The notes: generated by a model from the letters alone, not told the origin. A stretch of 64,000 nucleotides of DNA from an uncultured Bacteroidales bacterium (GCA_963725785.1 CAVRZV010000010.1:384619-448618), one strand, 5' to 3'. Shown: positions 39,773-49,460, numbered from the stretch's first letter. Program-made: numbers and translations.

Positions 39773-42682
39773 CTAAAATCCAAGTTCCTTTAAAGTTGCC
39801 ATCCTGGCCACTGTTTCAATTGCAATTGCAGCAAAGGCAGCACCATAATCCAGATCGATATTCTCCAGAGTATCTTTCGAATCGTGATAGCCACTTCTGT
39901 TAATGTCGTAATTCTCCATAAAAAGCACTACCGGAACACCGGTATCGGAAAAGATCTGTCCGTCAGTATTAAATATAGAGCTATGTGGATTATACTGAGT
40001 TCGCACCTCTCCCTTTAATGCCAGATGCTTTGCAATTTCAGGTATCTCCTGGGACTCTTTAATCCTGTGTCCATGATCTTTATTCAATCTTTCAGGCTGT
40101 CTGTTCCATTTATATGTACATTCGTTCCAGATAATATTCGCAAGATGAGCCTGATAAGCCAGAAATAAAGATTCTGCACTTTTACCTGGAGATATCTGGA
40201 AAATATCCTGGTCTGTATCGCGGTTATGACCGATCATATCCATAATGTAAACGCCCACGATTTCTGTGTCCGACAGGTTAATTGTTGCTTTATCGTCAGT
40301 TTTCAGGTTCAGGTTTTTCTCGATCAATGACTGACAGAAATGACGTGCTCCCATACAATCTGAAGGAAATTCTTCACCGGTCAGATGCAAAAGCCAGACA
40401 TCGCGTTCAAGCTTCCCCTCTTTTGATAGTTTTAATAAAATCGGGGCAGCCTGTAAAAGCGTTGAGCTGGCAGAATAATTATCGTCAGCACCTTTTGCCG
40501 ATAACCGGGCTCCTGATCCGCCCCGTTCCTTAGCATAAACATCTTCCATATAGGCGGTATCGTAATGATCTCCCAGGACTACTGCCTGTTTCCGGTTTTT
40601 TCCGGGTATGACAACCAGAATATTGCGTTCATAGGTACTTCCTTTCTGATTGGCAAGCCAGCCTCCATATTGCAGAAAATCAAACAGTGTATCCCACTTA
40701 AATGGCAGTTCTCCTACAACTGCCTGCCCTTCCATTCCTGCATCGGTTATTACCTTACGATATCTTTTTATAAAATAATCGCCAAGGTGTTCCAGATCGC
40801 GATGATGATGCTGAACGATCGACAGAGTAGTTTCATCGAGCATTATATCCGCATTATCTTTATATACGAATTCTCCTTGTGAAAGAAATTTAATATCATT
40901 CCACCATTGTTCTTCGAACTGTCGTGTTGCCGTATCAGTATAAGTCAGAGAGTCCGGCAGTTGTGAATCATAATTCTGCTCAATGATTTTTCCAAGAGCT
41001 TCCCTTACTTTATTGGATTTTTCAGGAATAGTCCCGCGTATTTCCAGTTCCTCAAACCATTTTTCAAGGGTTTTATGCTTTGCCATATTCAACAGGTTCT
41101 GTGCAAAGGATCTGGCTAAAGTTTTCCTGTCTTGTTTCTCCCAATTCTCAAGTAATGAAATAATGTTAAATGACGTCTGGTGAACATAATGATCGTTATG
41201 TGTATTAAAATCATGCAAGGCTGAAAGATACAAATCACGTCTAAGCATTCGTGGCCACAGCTCAACAGGATGAGTCATATCCTTGTCACTATTGTGATAT
41301 CCTGCGATATAGCCGTACAATGATTCTGATCTTATGACTGCCTGATCCGAACCGGCCGGAATAAATGCTACAAGGGGACGATGCAGATACATTTCATGTT
41401 CCCCGACGCGCATCGGCGGATAGAAGATTCTGTACCCGAAGAGTCCTCCTTCTGAAAAGGTCTTCTCCACCTCCAGTATTTTTTTCCGGTTGGCTCCGGG
41501 CCCATCTAATAAAAGTTCGAATTTATGGTTCCACAACTGGCTATTACAAGCTAATGGCTTATTATATAAGCCCATAGCATCAGGTTCTGTGCTGAATAAA
41601 GCTTTTATGAGTTTTATCTTATGACCTAACTCATTAAGTTCATCCTGATATCTCTCGACCCGCTGCCAGCGATGGGTACGATGATAAGTATCATGAATAA
41701 GATTTTCGTTAATATTAAGGTTCTTGCTCCCGGGATGAGGTTCATGCAGCCATCCTGATTGTGTCACCCGGAATCCTTCTATCCCCCTGTTTCGTGCAAC
41801 AAGATTAAGTAACGGTATCTGGGCGGCCACAGGCAATTGCTCTTTCAGATGCTTGTATCCCGGAGTACCCCAGAATACCAGGCTTCCCGGAAATGGAAGT
41901 AATGATAAATTCCCTGACAGATATTTGCCCTTTACTGTCGCCGGCATCAGGCTGAAAGGACTGAATGACAATAGATACCTCACGTCTGAAAATTCAGCAT
42001 CTTCTTTAACAATAAATTTCTTGGTCCAGGCGGGAAGTATAGATCCTTCAGAGGGCATTATTCTGAATCCGGTATTGAAGAGTGAGTCTGCACCGGATAA
42101 ATTTTCTCCATAGGCTTCTGTTAAAAGATCTGTAAAGAATGATACGGATTCAGCCTCCGGGAGTTCTGAGCCGGGGGATGAAAAAAAACATTTCCAAAAG
42201 ACCTGGTCAGGTTCATGTATACTATTGCCAAAAAAAGTCCATAATACTCTTCCTTTATCATCCTGTGTACGCGAAAGCATCAATGGTAATAATGCTATAT
42301 ATCTCTCATGACTCAATGAACCAGCGCGAGAAGCCAGTTCAGGAGGCCAGTATGGATTATTCAAAAGGTTTTCATTACCATGGCCGCTTATAATATGTTG
42401 TGGAATTCCCTTACCCAGTTTCAAAATGCCACTCATTATCTGGTGCCCGATATGTTCAATTCCCGGTTTAATCTCGAACTCCTCCTCAATTTCCGAAATC
42501 TTCCATCCGAACGGATCATCTTCACTCAAAATAAAATGATCCGGTTTACCATATGGTTTATAGGCGACCAAGGGTGGCGGCATAAACTCCGAATATGCAG
42601 CTATCGGGAAACATCCGTTGCATCTGAACCATGGATAGCCTTTCAGAAGACTTTTCCATCCATAAGGTGCTTTTTCTTCCAT
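39773..42682 (-). CDS. 969-aa cytoplasmic protein: ~650-aa uncharacterised N-terminal region fused to a C-terminal M28-type metallopeptidase domain
   Basis: No signal peptide. The C-terminal third carries the M28 ligand pattern GDHYD, GADDNYSASS, TGEEF, MDMIGH and GYHDSKD. I recognise nothing in residues 1 to ~650. Confidence 0.7.
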   Translation of the reverse strand: MEEKAPYGWKSLLKGYPWFRCNGCFPIAAYSEFMPPPLVAYKPYGKPDHFILSEDDPFGWKISEIEEEFEIKPGIEHIGHQIMSGILKLGKGIPQHIISGHGNENLLNNPYWPPELASRAGSLSHERYIALLPLMLSRTQDDKGRVLWTFFGNSIHEPDQVFWKCFFSSPGSELPEAESVSFFTDLLTEAYGENLSGADSLFNTGFRIMPSEGSILPAWTKKFIVKEDAEFSDVRYLLSFSPFSLMPATVKGKYLSGNLSLLPFPGSLVFWGTPGYKHLKEQLPVAAQIPLLNLVARNRGIEGFRVTQSGWLHEPHPGSKNLNINENLIHDTYHRTHRWQRVERYQDELNELGHKIKLIKALFSTEPDAMGLYNKPLACNSQLWNHKFELLLDGPGANRKKILEVEKTFSEGGLFGYRIFYPPMRVGEHEMYLHRPLVAFIPAGSDQAVIRSESLYGYIAGYHNSDKDMTHPVELWPRMLRRDLYLSALHDFNTHNDHYVHQTSFNIISLLENWEKQDRKTLARSFAQNLLNMAKHKTLEKWFEELEIRGTIPEKSNKVREALGKIIEQNYDSQLPDSLTYTDTATRQFEEQWWNDIKFLSQGEFVYKDNADIMLDETTLSIVQHHHRDLEHLGDYFIKRYRKVITDAGMEGQAVVGELPFKWDTLFDFLQYGGWLANQKGSTYERNILVVIPGKNRKQAVVLGDHYDTAYMEDVYAKERGGSGARLSAKGADDNYSASSTLLQAAPILLKLSKEGKLERDVWLLHLTGEEFPSDCMGARHFCQSLIEKNLNLKTDDKATINLSDTEIVGVYIMDMIGHNRDTDQDIFQISPGKSAESLFLAYQAHLANIIWNECTYKWNRQPERLNKDHGHRIKESQEIPEIAKHLALKGEVRTQYNPHSSIFNTDGQIFSDTGVPVVLFMENYDINRSGYHDSKDTLENIDLDYGAAFAAIAIETVARMATLKELGF

Positions 42683-42863
42683 AATGTTTTCCTTTTTTTA
42701 CGTGAAATTAAGAATAAATTAGCCTGGCCAGCTCTGAAAATTTATAGTATTAATCTAAAATTCTTTCTATTTCAGAATATCTGGTTAATTTTGGCAGAAT
42801 TTATTTTTATTTTTTAAATACAAGTAAGTAATTCATTTATTGATAACAATATAATTTCTAATT

Positions 42864-44039
42864 GTGAATATACTCAGAATCTTAACCAAATTCTTACTTG
42901 GTATTTGTATTCTCGTTTTGATAATACTTACTCTTCAATATTTAGTTACTCCAAAATATTCCTACCCCGAACCGGGGGTATTTGCAGGTGATTATATCTA
43001 TAATCCATACCGTCATATTGATACGGCAAAATGGAGAATGGCAAATTTTCATGCCCATACACGAAAGATTTTTGATAAAACGAACAGTGCTTCAAAATCA
43101 AATATTGTACTCGACAGTGTATATAAGTCCTTTGGTTACGATATAACCGGTATTTCAGATTATCAGTTCATAAATCTTTATGAAAGTAAAAACAAATGGT
43201 TCATTCCGGCATATGAGCATGGTTATCAGTATTATAAAAATCATCAGCTGGTTTTAAATGCCAAAAAAGTAAGCTGGCTGGATTTTCCATTCCGACAGAC
43301 TTTAGACAATAAGCAATTCGTCATAAACAGATTGAAAAAGAATTCATCGACCCTGATTACTATTGTGCATCCTTTTTATAGAAAAGCCTACTCTTTAAAT
43401 GATCTTAAATACTTAACAAACTATAACTGTATCGAAATTGCTAATTCTAACCGGCTTTTTACTTCTTATTACGATGCAGCTCTTTCATTCGGACACCCGG
43501 TTTTTATCATGGCTGATGATGATTCACATGATATGATGAACATATCCGATGTATGCAGCAGCTTTAACCTGATAAATAGTGACATGGTCAGGGACTCTAT
43601 ACTAAATTCACTGAGTACCGGTCGTTCAATCGGAGTAAAATTCAATATAAGTTCTTATAAGACCAACGAAGAGAAGAGAGCCGGCTTACTGCAATTGCCT
43701 GAAATTGTCTCTTTTACTTTCAAAAGTGATACTCTTGCTGTCAGTTTAAATAAGTCCGTGAAAACAATTAAATTCATTGGTCAGAATGGGATTGAGAAAG
43801 AGAGAATGACAAATTGTTCCACGGGAGCGTATTTCTTTAGCAAAGAGGATACTTACATCAGAACCGAAATTGAATGCAATGACGGCACAATCTTTTTCCT
43901 TAACCCACTATTCAGGTATGATGGGATAAAATTTACAGAATATTCTTCTACATACAATGTTCTGAAGACCTGGACATGGCGCCTGGCATTTATTTGTATA
44001 TTAATATTAACCTCTATAATCTGGTACCGTAAAAAATAG
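42864..44039 (+). CDS. membrane-anchored hypothetical protein with weak PHP-like metal motifs
   Basis: GTG start and an N-terminal TM helix. NFHAHT, YEHG, VHPFY and ADDDSHD are spaced like PHP phosphoesterase motifs (tentative). C-terminal TM helix. Its stop codon abuts the next ATG. Confidence 0.4.
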   Translation: MNILRILTKFLLGICILVLIILTLQYLVTPKYSYPEPGVFAGDYIYNPYRHIDTAKWRMANFHAHTRKIFDKTNSASKSNIVLDSVYKSFGYDITGISDYQFINLYESKNKWFIPAYEHGYQYYKNHQLVLNAKKVSWLDFPFRQTLDNKQFVINRLKKNSSTLITIVHPFYRKAYSLNDLKYLTNYNCIEIANSNRLFTSYYDAALSFGHPVFIMADDDSHDMMNISDVCSSFNLINSDMVRDSILNSLSTGRSIGVKFNISSYKTNEEKRAGLLQLPEIVSFTFKSDTLAVSLNKSVKTIKFIGQNGIEKERMTNCSTGAYFFSKEDTYIRTEIECNDGTIFFLNPLFRYDGIKFTEYSSTYNVLKTWTWRLAFICILILTSIIWYRKK

Positions 44040-44783
44040 ATGTATAACTTCAAAAAGATAGTAGTTGTACTGCCTGCATACAATGCAGCCTTAACACTTG
44101 AAAAGACCTATAAGGAAATCCCTTTAGAGCTTGTTGATGAGGTAATCCTGGTCGATGATGACAGCAAGGACAATACAGTTATTCTGGCAAAAGAGCTTGG
44201 AATAAAGCATATTATCCACCATGAAGAAAACAAAGGATACGGCGGGAATCAAAAAACCTGCTACAAGAAAGCTCTTGAACTGGGTGCAGATATTGTAGTG
44301 ATGTTACATCCCGATTATCAGTATACTCCACAATTAATTCCATCAATGGTAAGTATAATAGGAAGTGGTTTATACCCGGTTGTGTTTGGGTCGAGGATAT
44401 TAGGGAAAAGCGCTCTTACTGGAGGCATGCCCAAATACAAATATATCTCAAACAGATTCCTTACATTAGTTCAAAACATACTGATGAATCAGAAGCTGAC
44501 AGAGTACCATACCGGTTACCGGGCATTCTCAGCTGATGTGCTCAGAAAAATAAATTTTGAACTCAATTCTGACGATTTCATTTTCGATAATGAGATAATT
44601 GCTCAAATCTTTTTCAATGGATTCAATATTGCTGAAATAACTTGTCCAACCAAATATTTTGTCGAGGCGTCGAGCATTAATTTCAAAAGGAGCCTGAAAT
44701 ATGGTTTTGGTGTGCTGCGAGTCTCATTTCTTTATTTCCTCACCAGATCTGGCATTTACAAGTGGAGGCTTCTGACAAACTAG
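44040..44783 (+). CDS. family-2 glycosyltransferase (polyprenol-phosphate sugar synthase-like)
   Basis: VVLPAYNAA...VDDDSKDNT...GYGGNQK...HPDYQY is typical of GT2 DPM1/ArnC-like enzymes. Confidence 0.8.
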   Translation: MYNFKKIVVVLPAYNAALTLEKTYKEIPLELVDEVILVDDDSKDNTVILAKELGIKHIIHHEENKGYGGNQKTCYKKALELGADIVVMLHPDYQYTPQLIPSMVSIIGSGLYPVVFGSRILGKSALTGGMPKYKYISNRFLTLVQNILMNQKLTEYHTGYRAFSADVLRKINFELNSDDFIFDNEIIAQIFFNGFNIAEITCPTKYFVEASSINFKRSLKYGFGVLRVSFLYFLTRSGIYKWRLLTN

Positions 44784-44789
44784 ACAATT

Positions 44790-46433
44790 ATGAATAAAAA
44801 AGCTTATCCGTATATAATTGTCATTTCAGCAATTCTGTTTTTTATCCCTTTTCTGGGCTCTGTTCATCTGTTTGACTGGGATGAAATAAACTTTGCTGAA
44901 TCGGCACGGGAGATGATAGTCACAGGCAATTTCAGCCGTGTACAAATTGACTTTCATCCTTTCTGGGAAAAACCACCACTTTTCTTCTGGATGCAAGCCC
45001 TGAGTATGAAGTTGTTTGGGATCAATGAGTTTGCTGCACGTTTCCCTAATGCTGTAATTGGGATCTTTACACTCTTAACATTTTATATAGTCGGGAAGAG
45101 ACTTTACGACGAAAAATTCGGCCTGATATGGGCACTGGCTTACCTTGGATCGTTTCTTCCTCACCTGTATTTTAAATCGGGTATAATTGATCCATTTTTT
45201 AATTTTTTCATTTTTCTTTCTATTCTCTTTCTGACAAAAAGTATCGGTAAAACGGGTGAAAGCAAAGGATTTAAGTATGCTCTTTTAGCTGGTATTTCGA
45301 TTGGTCTTGCGACACTTACAAAGGGACCTGTCGGACTGTTGATCGCAGGAATTTCAGTGCTTGTTTACTGGATAACAATGAAATTCAAAAAAATCTCGAA
45401 TTGGAAAAACATACTGGTCTTCTCAGCTTCATGCCTGGTAATCACCTGCTTATGGTTCGGACCAGAGATGATCAATAATGGTTTCTGGTTCATCAGGGAA
45501 TTTATAAAATATCAGGTTGACCTGTTTCTTAAACCTGTTGCCGGACATTCAGGACCCCTATATTATCATTTCCTTGTCGTCTTCCTCGGTTGTTTTCCAA
45601 TCTCTGTTCTGGCACTTCCGGTTTTGTTCAGGAAAAATTCCGTTACTGATTCTGAAGGTAAATACTTTCTTAAATGGATGGTGATATTATTCTGGGTTGT
45701 TATGATTTTATTCACCATTGTTAAAACAAAGATTGTTCATTATTCATCGCTCACATATTTTCCGCTATCATATTTTGCAGCCTTCTTTGTTTATGAGCTG
45801 GTGAATAACAAGGAAGTGTTTAAGAAATACCTGGTGTGGATCCTCCTTGCAACCGGCACAGTGTTTTCGGTTATACTGGTGGGACTTCCGCTGGTAGCAA
45901 CCCACAAAGATGTTATAATACCCTTCATAAAAGATGATTTTGCCATTGCCTGTCTGAATGCAACCGTTAAGTGGAGTGGATTTGAGTTTTTAATTGGTGC
46001 AGGTTATCTGATATGCCTGTTTATCTCAATGATTATCATCAGGCGGAGAAAAATTTTTACTGGAATTATAACATTGTTCTATTCAACAGCGTTTTGCATT
46101 TTCTTTTATCTGATGACTGTTGTACCTAAAGTTGAGGGATATTCACAAGCTCCGGCAATCAATTTTTTTAAAAGCATTTCCGGTCAGGATGTGTACGCTA
46201 CAACGATAGGATACTACAGTTATGCCCAATATTTTTATTTCCAGAAGATGCCCGGAGGAAACATTGAGAGCAGTAATAAAGACTGGTTGTTAAATGGGGA
46301 AATAGATAAACCTGTCTATTTGGTTGCCAAATCAACTTCAAAAGCAATGTTCGAAAACCACCCGGATTGCAAATTCATCAGGCAGGAAGGGGGATTCATG
46401 TTTTATTACAGGTCACCTCAACCGGTAAAATGA
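44790..46433 (+). CDS. ArnT/PMT-like (GT39/GT83-type) lipid-carrier-dependent glycosyltransferase
   Basis: ~12 TM helices. The first-loop motif is FDWDEINFAESAREM...WEKPPLFFW. 547 aa. Confidence 0.75.
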   Translation: MNKKAYPYIIVISAILFFIPFLGSVHLFDWDEINFAESAREMIVTGNFSRVQIDFHPFWEKPPLFFWMQALSMKLFGINEFAARFPNAVIGIFTLLTFYIVGKRLYDEKFGLIWALAYLGSFLPHLYFKSGIIDPFFNFFIFLSILFLTKSIGKTGESKGFKYALLAGISIGLATLTKGPVGLLIAGISVLVYWITMKFKKISNWKNILVFSASCLVITCLWFGPEMINNGFWFIREFIKYQVDLFLKPVAGHSGPLYYHFLVVFLGCFPISVLALPVLFRKNSVTDSEGKYFLKWMVILFWVVMILFTIVKTKIVHYSSLTYFPLSYFAAFFVYELVNNKEVFKKYLVWILLATGTVFSVILVGLPLVATHKDVIIPFIKDDFAIACLNATVKWSGFEFLIGAGYLICLFISMIIIRRRKIFTGIITLFYSTAFCIFFYLMTVVPKVEGYSQAPAINFFKSISGQDVYATTIGYYSYAQYFYFQKMPGGNIESSNKDWLLNGEIDKPVYLVAKSTSKAMFENHPDCKFIRQEGGFMFYYRSPQPVK

Positions 46434-46519
46434 GAAAAGACATCGGATGATGTCTCTTCATTGTTAAATTAAAACCTAAAATTAATGGTGGCCGGGCGGC
46501 CGCGTTGAAACCTTTTTAT

Positions 46520-46999
46520 TTATCTTATTGCTGTTGGCTGTTCATTAATAAGCATCGGGAAGTATGCAGCGATCAGCTGTGTGTTAAATACGTCACCCTG
46601 TTTACCCGGAACAATAAGCTTCTGATGAAAATACTCAGTTTTATTAAGAGCTGATTCGGAAGTTTTATAGCCATCTTTTTCTAAAGATTTATCCAGCATT
46701 TGAACACCGAAATAGTCTCCGTTGCATACATACTGAACTGAAAGCTTGTCGGATAGTACAATGTAATTTTTGCACTTTTTGTCTTTTGTGACCACGACAG
46801 TAACCTCCATTGGTGAGTTCTGATAGCTGATTACATAAGCTTTTAATTGTTCCCCGTTAATAGTAACAGGGTTAGTGGCTATCTCAATTTTGTAATCTCC
46901 AAATGTTGAGTGAGTTTTCCCACTTGCAACAAATTCTCTTGAAAACGATGCAGTACTAAAAGCTACTATTAGTAATCCTGCAAATAACATTCTTTTCAT
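46520..46999 (-). CDS. secreted hypothetical protein
   Basis: Signal peptide MKRMLFAGLLIVAFSTASFS. No recognisable motif. Confidence 0.5.
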   Translation of the reverse strand: MKRMLFAGLLIVAFSTASFSREFVASGKTHSTFGDYKIEIATNPVTINGEQLKAYVISYQNSPMEVTVVVTKDKKCKNYIVLSDKLSVQYVCNGDYFGVQMLDKSLEKDGYKTSESALNKTEYFHQKLIVPGKQGDVFNTQLIAAYFPMLINEQPTAIR

Positions 47000-47206
47000 G
47001 GCTTTAAAAATTAAATTTTCAATAATTTCAATCTTAAAACGATATTTCTTAACTGTCTTAACTTTTTTGTTCTGCCTCTTATAGTGAGGTCAATTATTCT
47101 ATTTTCATGACCAAATTAGGTTATATAGTAATGCCGGAAAAGGATGAATTTACGAACAACGCGTCTCATCTTACAAACAGCATTAAAATTGCAATACTGC
47201 GTATAT

Positions 47207-47308
47207 CGGTTCACAGAATATGTGACAGAAACTTTATAGCCGGTTCACAGAATATGTGACAGAAACTTTATAATCGGTTCACAGAATATGTGACAGAAAC
47301 ATTATAAA
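47207..47308. repeat. three contiguous 34-bp direct repeats, each with a TCACA-N5-TGTGA palindrome
   Basis: CGGTTCACAGAATATGTGACAGAAACTTTATAnn occurs three times, at 47207, 47241 and 47275, differing only in the last few bases. Confidence 0.9.
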
Positions 47309-47372
47309 AAGTCTTTGAGATGGGGAGGCTTAAGACAAAAAAACAGCCAGGATGATCAATTTCCAGGCTTGA

Positions 47373-47792
47373 CTAAAGAAATCTCAATACCTGCTGCCAG
47401 TAGAGAACAGTGTTCTTTCCGGAACCGTTCCAGGTCTTGGCTATCCGTTCAAAATTATAGGGTCCGATCTCAGAAGCATAATATAAAAAAATCCTCTCAG
47501 AAGTTTTATAATTGAACAGGTCGACCATTGAGTAATTATTACCGGTTCTTATATTGTAGTCTATTAACCTTATCGGACGGATCTGAAAATAGCCAACTGC
47601 ATTTTCAAGTGGATTAAAAGCCAGTGTATCATACTGAGTTTCAACCATTCCGATTGCGTGAATGAGACTTTTAAAAGGTTCTATCGGGGCAGGTCTTACA
47701 ACATTCAGGAAGTCGCTCTTAGGAGCAAATCCCTTTAAAGCTAATGTCATTAAAAAAACAATAGAGACTATCTTTTTTAAAATATTCTTCAT
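47373..47792 (-). CDS. small exported lysozyme-like/SLT-type transglycosylase domain protein
   Basis: Start moved to ATG 47792 (MKNILKKIVSIVFLMTLALKG signal). GMVETQYD (candidate catalytic Glu) and GYFQI resemble SLT motifs. Confidence 0.55.
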   Translation of the reverse strand: MKNILKKIVSIVFLMTLALKGFAPKSDFLNVVRPAPIEPFKSLIHAIGMVETQYDTLAFNPLENAVGYFQIRPIRLIDYNIRTGNNYSMVDLFNYKTSERIFLYYASEIGPYNFERIAKTWNGSGKNTVLYWQQVLRFL

Positions 47793-48046
47793 GTCAAAAT
47801 AATAATAAAAGTGGATTAAAAACTCTGTGGTTAGTTGTCGCATTAACTGCAACTTTCGTAATTCCTGTTTCTCTTTCATGAGAGAAATCAGTGGTTAGAT
47901 TCATATTTAATAACAAGTCAATCATTGTTATAAGAACAATGAAATAACGAAATTGTTTAATATAATCTATATAAGTAGTATTGATTTAGCTATTTAGCCG
48001 CGATCGTAGCTAAACAGCAGGCGAGGCGAAGCAAAATATTGGGATA

Positions 48047-48502
48047 TTATTCCTCTTTAAATATTCTTACATTTAATGCTGTCAGTCCCTTGGGTCCTTT
48101 CCCTATTTCGAAAGAGACAATATTGTTCTCTTTTATAGGTTCCTGCAAGTTATTGGCATGAACAAAAACACTCTGTTTATTTTCCATATCACGTATGAAT
48201 CCAAAGCCCTTTGAATCGTTGAAAAAGGTAACCACTCCTTTTCTTATATAACTGGCTTTTGCAGAGGGGACATTTTTCCTGGATCCTGTCTCGATGTTAT
48301 CTGCTTCGATTTCGATCTTTTTATTCGGATCAGGAGGAGTCGAAGTTATCTTACCATACTCATCGACATAGGCGATCATGTCAGCATAGCTGCTTTTCCC
48401 ACTCTCTTTTCTGATCAACCTCTTCTTTTCCTTATCTTTTCTCTTTTTTTCCTTTTTATTCTTTACTTCTTTTTTGTTTGATGTTTCCTGCGATCTACCC
48501 AT
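48047..48502 (-). CDS. cold-shock-domain protein with Lys/Glu-rich N-terminal extension
   Basis: The C-terminal 65 aa read GVVTFFNDSKGFGFIRD...VFVHANNL (RNP1/RNP2-like CSD). The N-terminal ~85 aa are highly basic (KKEVKNKKEKKRKDKEKKR). Confidence 0.8.
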   Translation of the reverse strand: MGRSQETSNKKEVKNKKEKKRKDKEKKRLIRKESGKSSYADMIAYVDEYGKITSTPPDPNKKIEIEADNIETGSRKNVPSAKASYIRKGVVTFFNDSKGFGFIRDMENKQSVFVHANNLQEPIKENNIVSFEIGKGPKGLTALNVRIFKEE

Positions 48503-48647
48503 AAACTCATATTTCGTTGGTTAATAATTATCCAGTCTGGCTGAATTTGTTCAAAGATAAGGTTTTATTCCGGTATTACTATTAAGTTCTGTTTACGGGA
48601 TACCTTCTTCCTGCTCATACCAGTTATCTCACAAAAACCAGCACAAC

Positions 48648-49460
48648 TTACCCTATTCTCAGGGAGATCATTGACAACGAACCCATTATAAGTTTATCGT
48701 TGAAAACTGAGACAGATTCTTTTTCTTCTTTAAGTGCCAGAGAATAAAGTAAAGGCAGATAATGGTCGGGAGTAGGGATAGCAAGAAGTACCTCTTTTCC
48801 CAGTTGCGGATAATTGATGAGATCTTTGTGATTATTTTCAAGTATCAGATTTCTTAAAATTTTATTTGCCTGAACTGCCCAGTCGAAACCATATTCAGAT
48901 TTATCGTCTCGGTCCCATGCTATCATTCTGAGATTATGCACAATATTACCGCTCCCGATTATCAAGACTCCCTCTTTCCTGAAAGAGGCAAGTTCCTTTG
49001 CCAGTTCATAGTGCTCCCGGGGAGTCAGATTATAATCAAGGCTCATTTCAATTACGGGAATATCAGCTTCCGGATAAATATTCCTGATTACGCTCCATGC
49101 ACCATGATCAAGTCCCCATTTCTCATCGAGCCCAATGCTTGCTGAAGCGATAGTCTGTTTGACCCTCAAGGCTAGTTCAGGACTTCCGGGGGCCGGATAG
49201 TGAACAGCGTATAACTCCTGCGGAAACCCTCCAAAGTCATGAATGGTAGAAGGTTTGGGCATGGCTGTAACAAATGTGCCTCTTGTTTCCCAATGTGCGG
49301 AAATGCACAAAATTGAACGAGGCTTTGGAATGGATCTTCCAAGGTTACGCCAGGCTTCAACAAATTCATTTTCCTCAATGGCATTCATCGGACTTCCATG
49401 CCCGATGAACAAAACAGGCATTTTAATCGTACTATCAACTGCTTCAGGTTCTGCTTTCAT
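48648..49460 (-). CDS. class-III extradiol dioxygenase (LigB family, 4,5-DOPA-dioxygenase/YgiD-like)
   Basis: PVLFIGHGSPMNA, ISAHW and GSGNIVHN motifs. 270 aa. Confidence 0.8.
   Translation of the reverse strand: MKAEPEAVDSTIKMPVLFIGHGSPMNAIEENEFVEAWRNLGRSIPKPRSILCISAHWETRGTFVTAMPKPSTIHDFGGFPQELYAVHYPAPGSPELALRVKQTIASASIGLDEKWGLDHGAWSVIRNIYPEADIPVIEMSLDYNLTPREHYELAKELASFRKEGVLIIGSGNIVHNLRMIAWDRDDKSEYGFDWAVQANKILRNLILENNHKDLINYPQLGKEVLLAIPTPDHYLPLLYSLALKEEKESVSVFNDKLIMGSLSMISLRIG

Noticed and set aside
42380-42817. 145-aa plus-strand ORF, and similar 60-130-aa ORFs nested in long genes (for example 5474-5866, 22739-23101, 34651-35001, 49243-49644)
   Set aside because: All are antisense or out of frame within long, motif-supported genes. 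They have skewed low-complexity composition, which marks them as shadow ORFs.
47207-47308. CRISPR mini-array, or a plasmid/phage replication origin with iterons
   Set aside because: The three 34-bp units are contiguous with no spacers. No rep, par, integrase or phage genes are nearby, and the flanking genes look chromosomal. It is kept as a regulatory-repeat finding instead.
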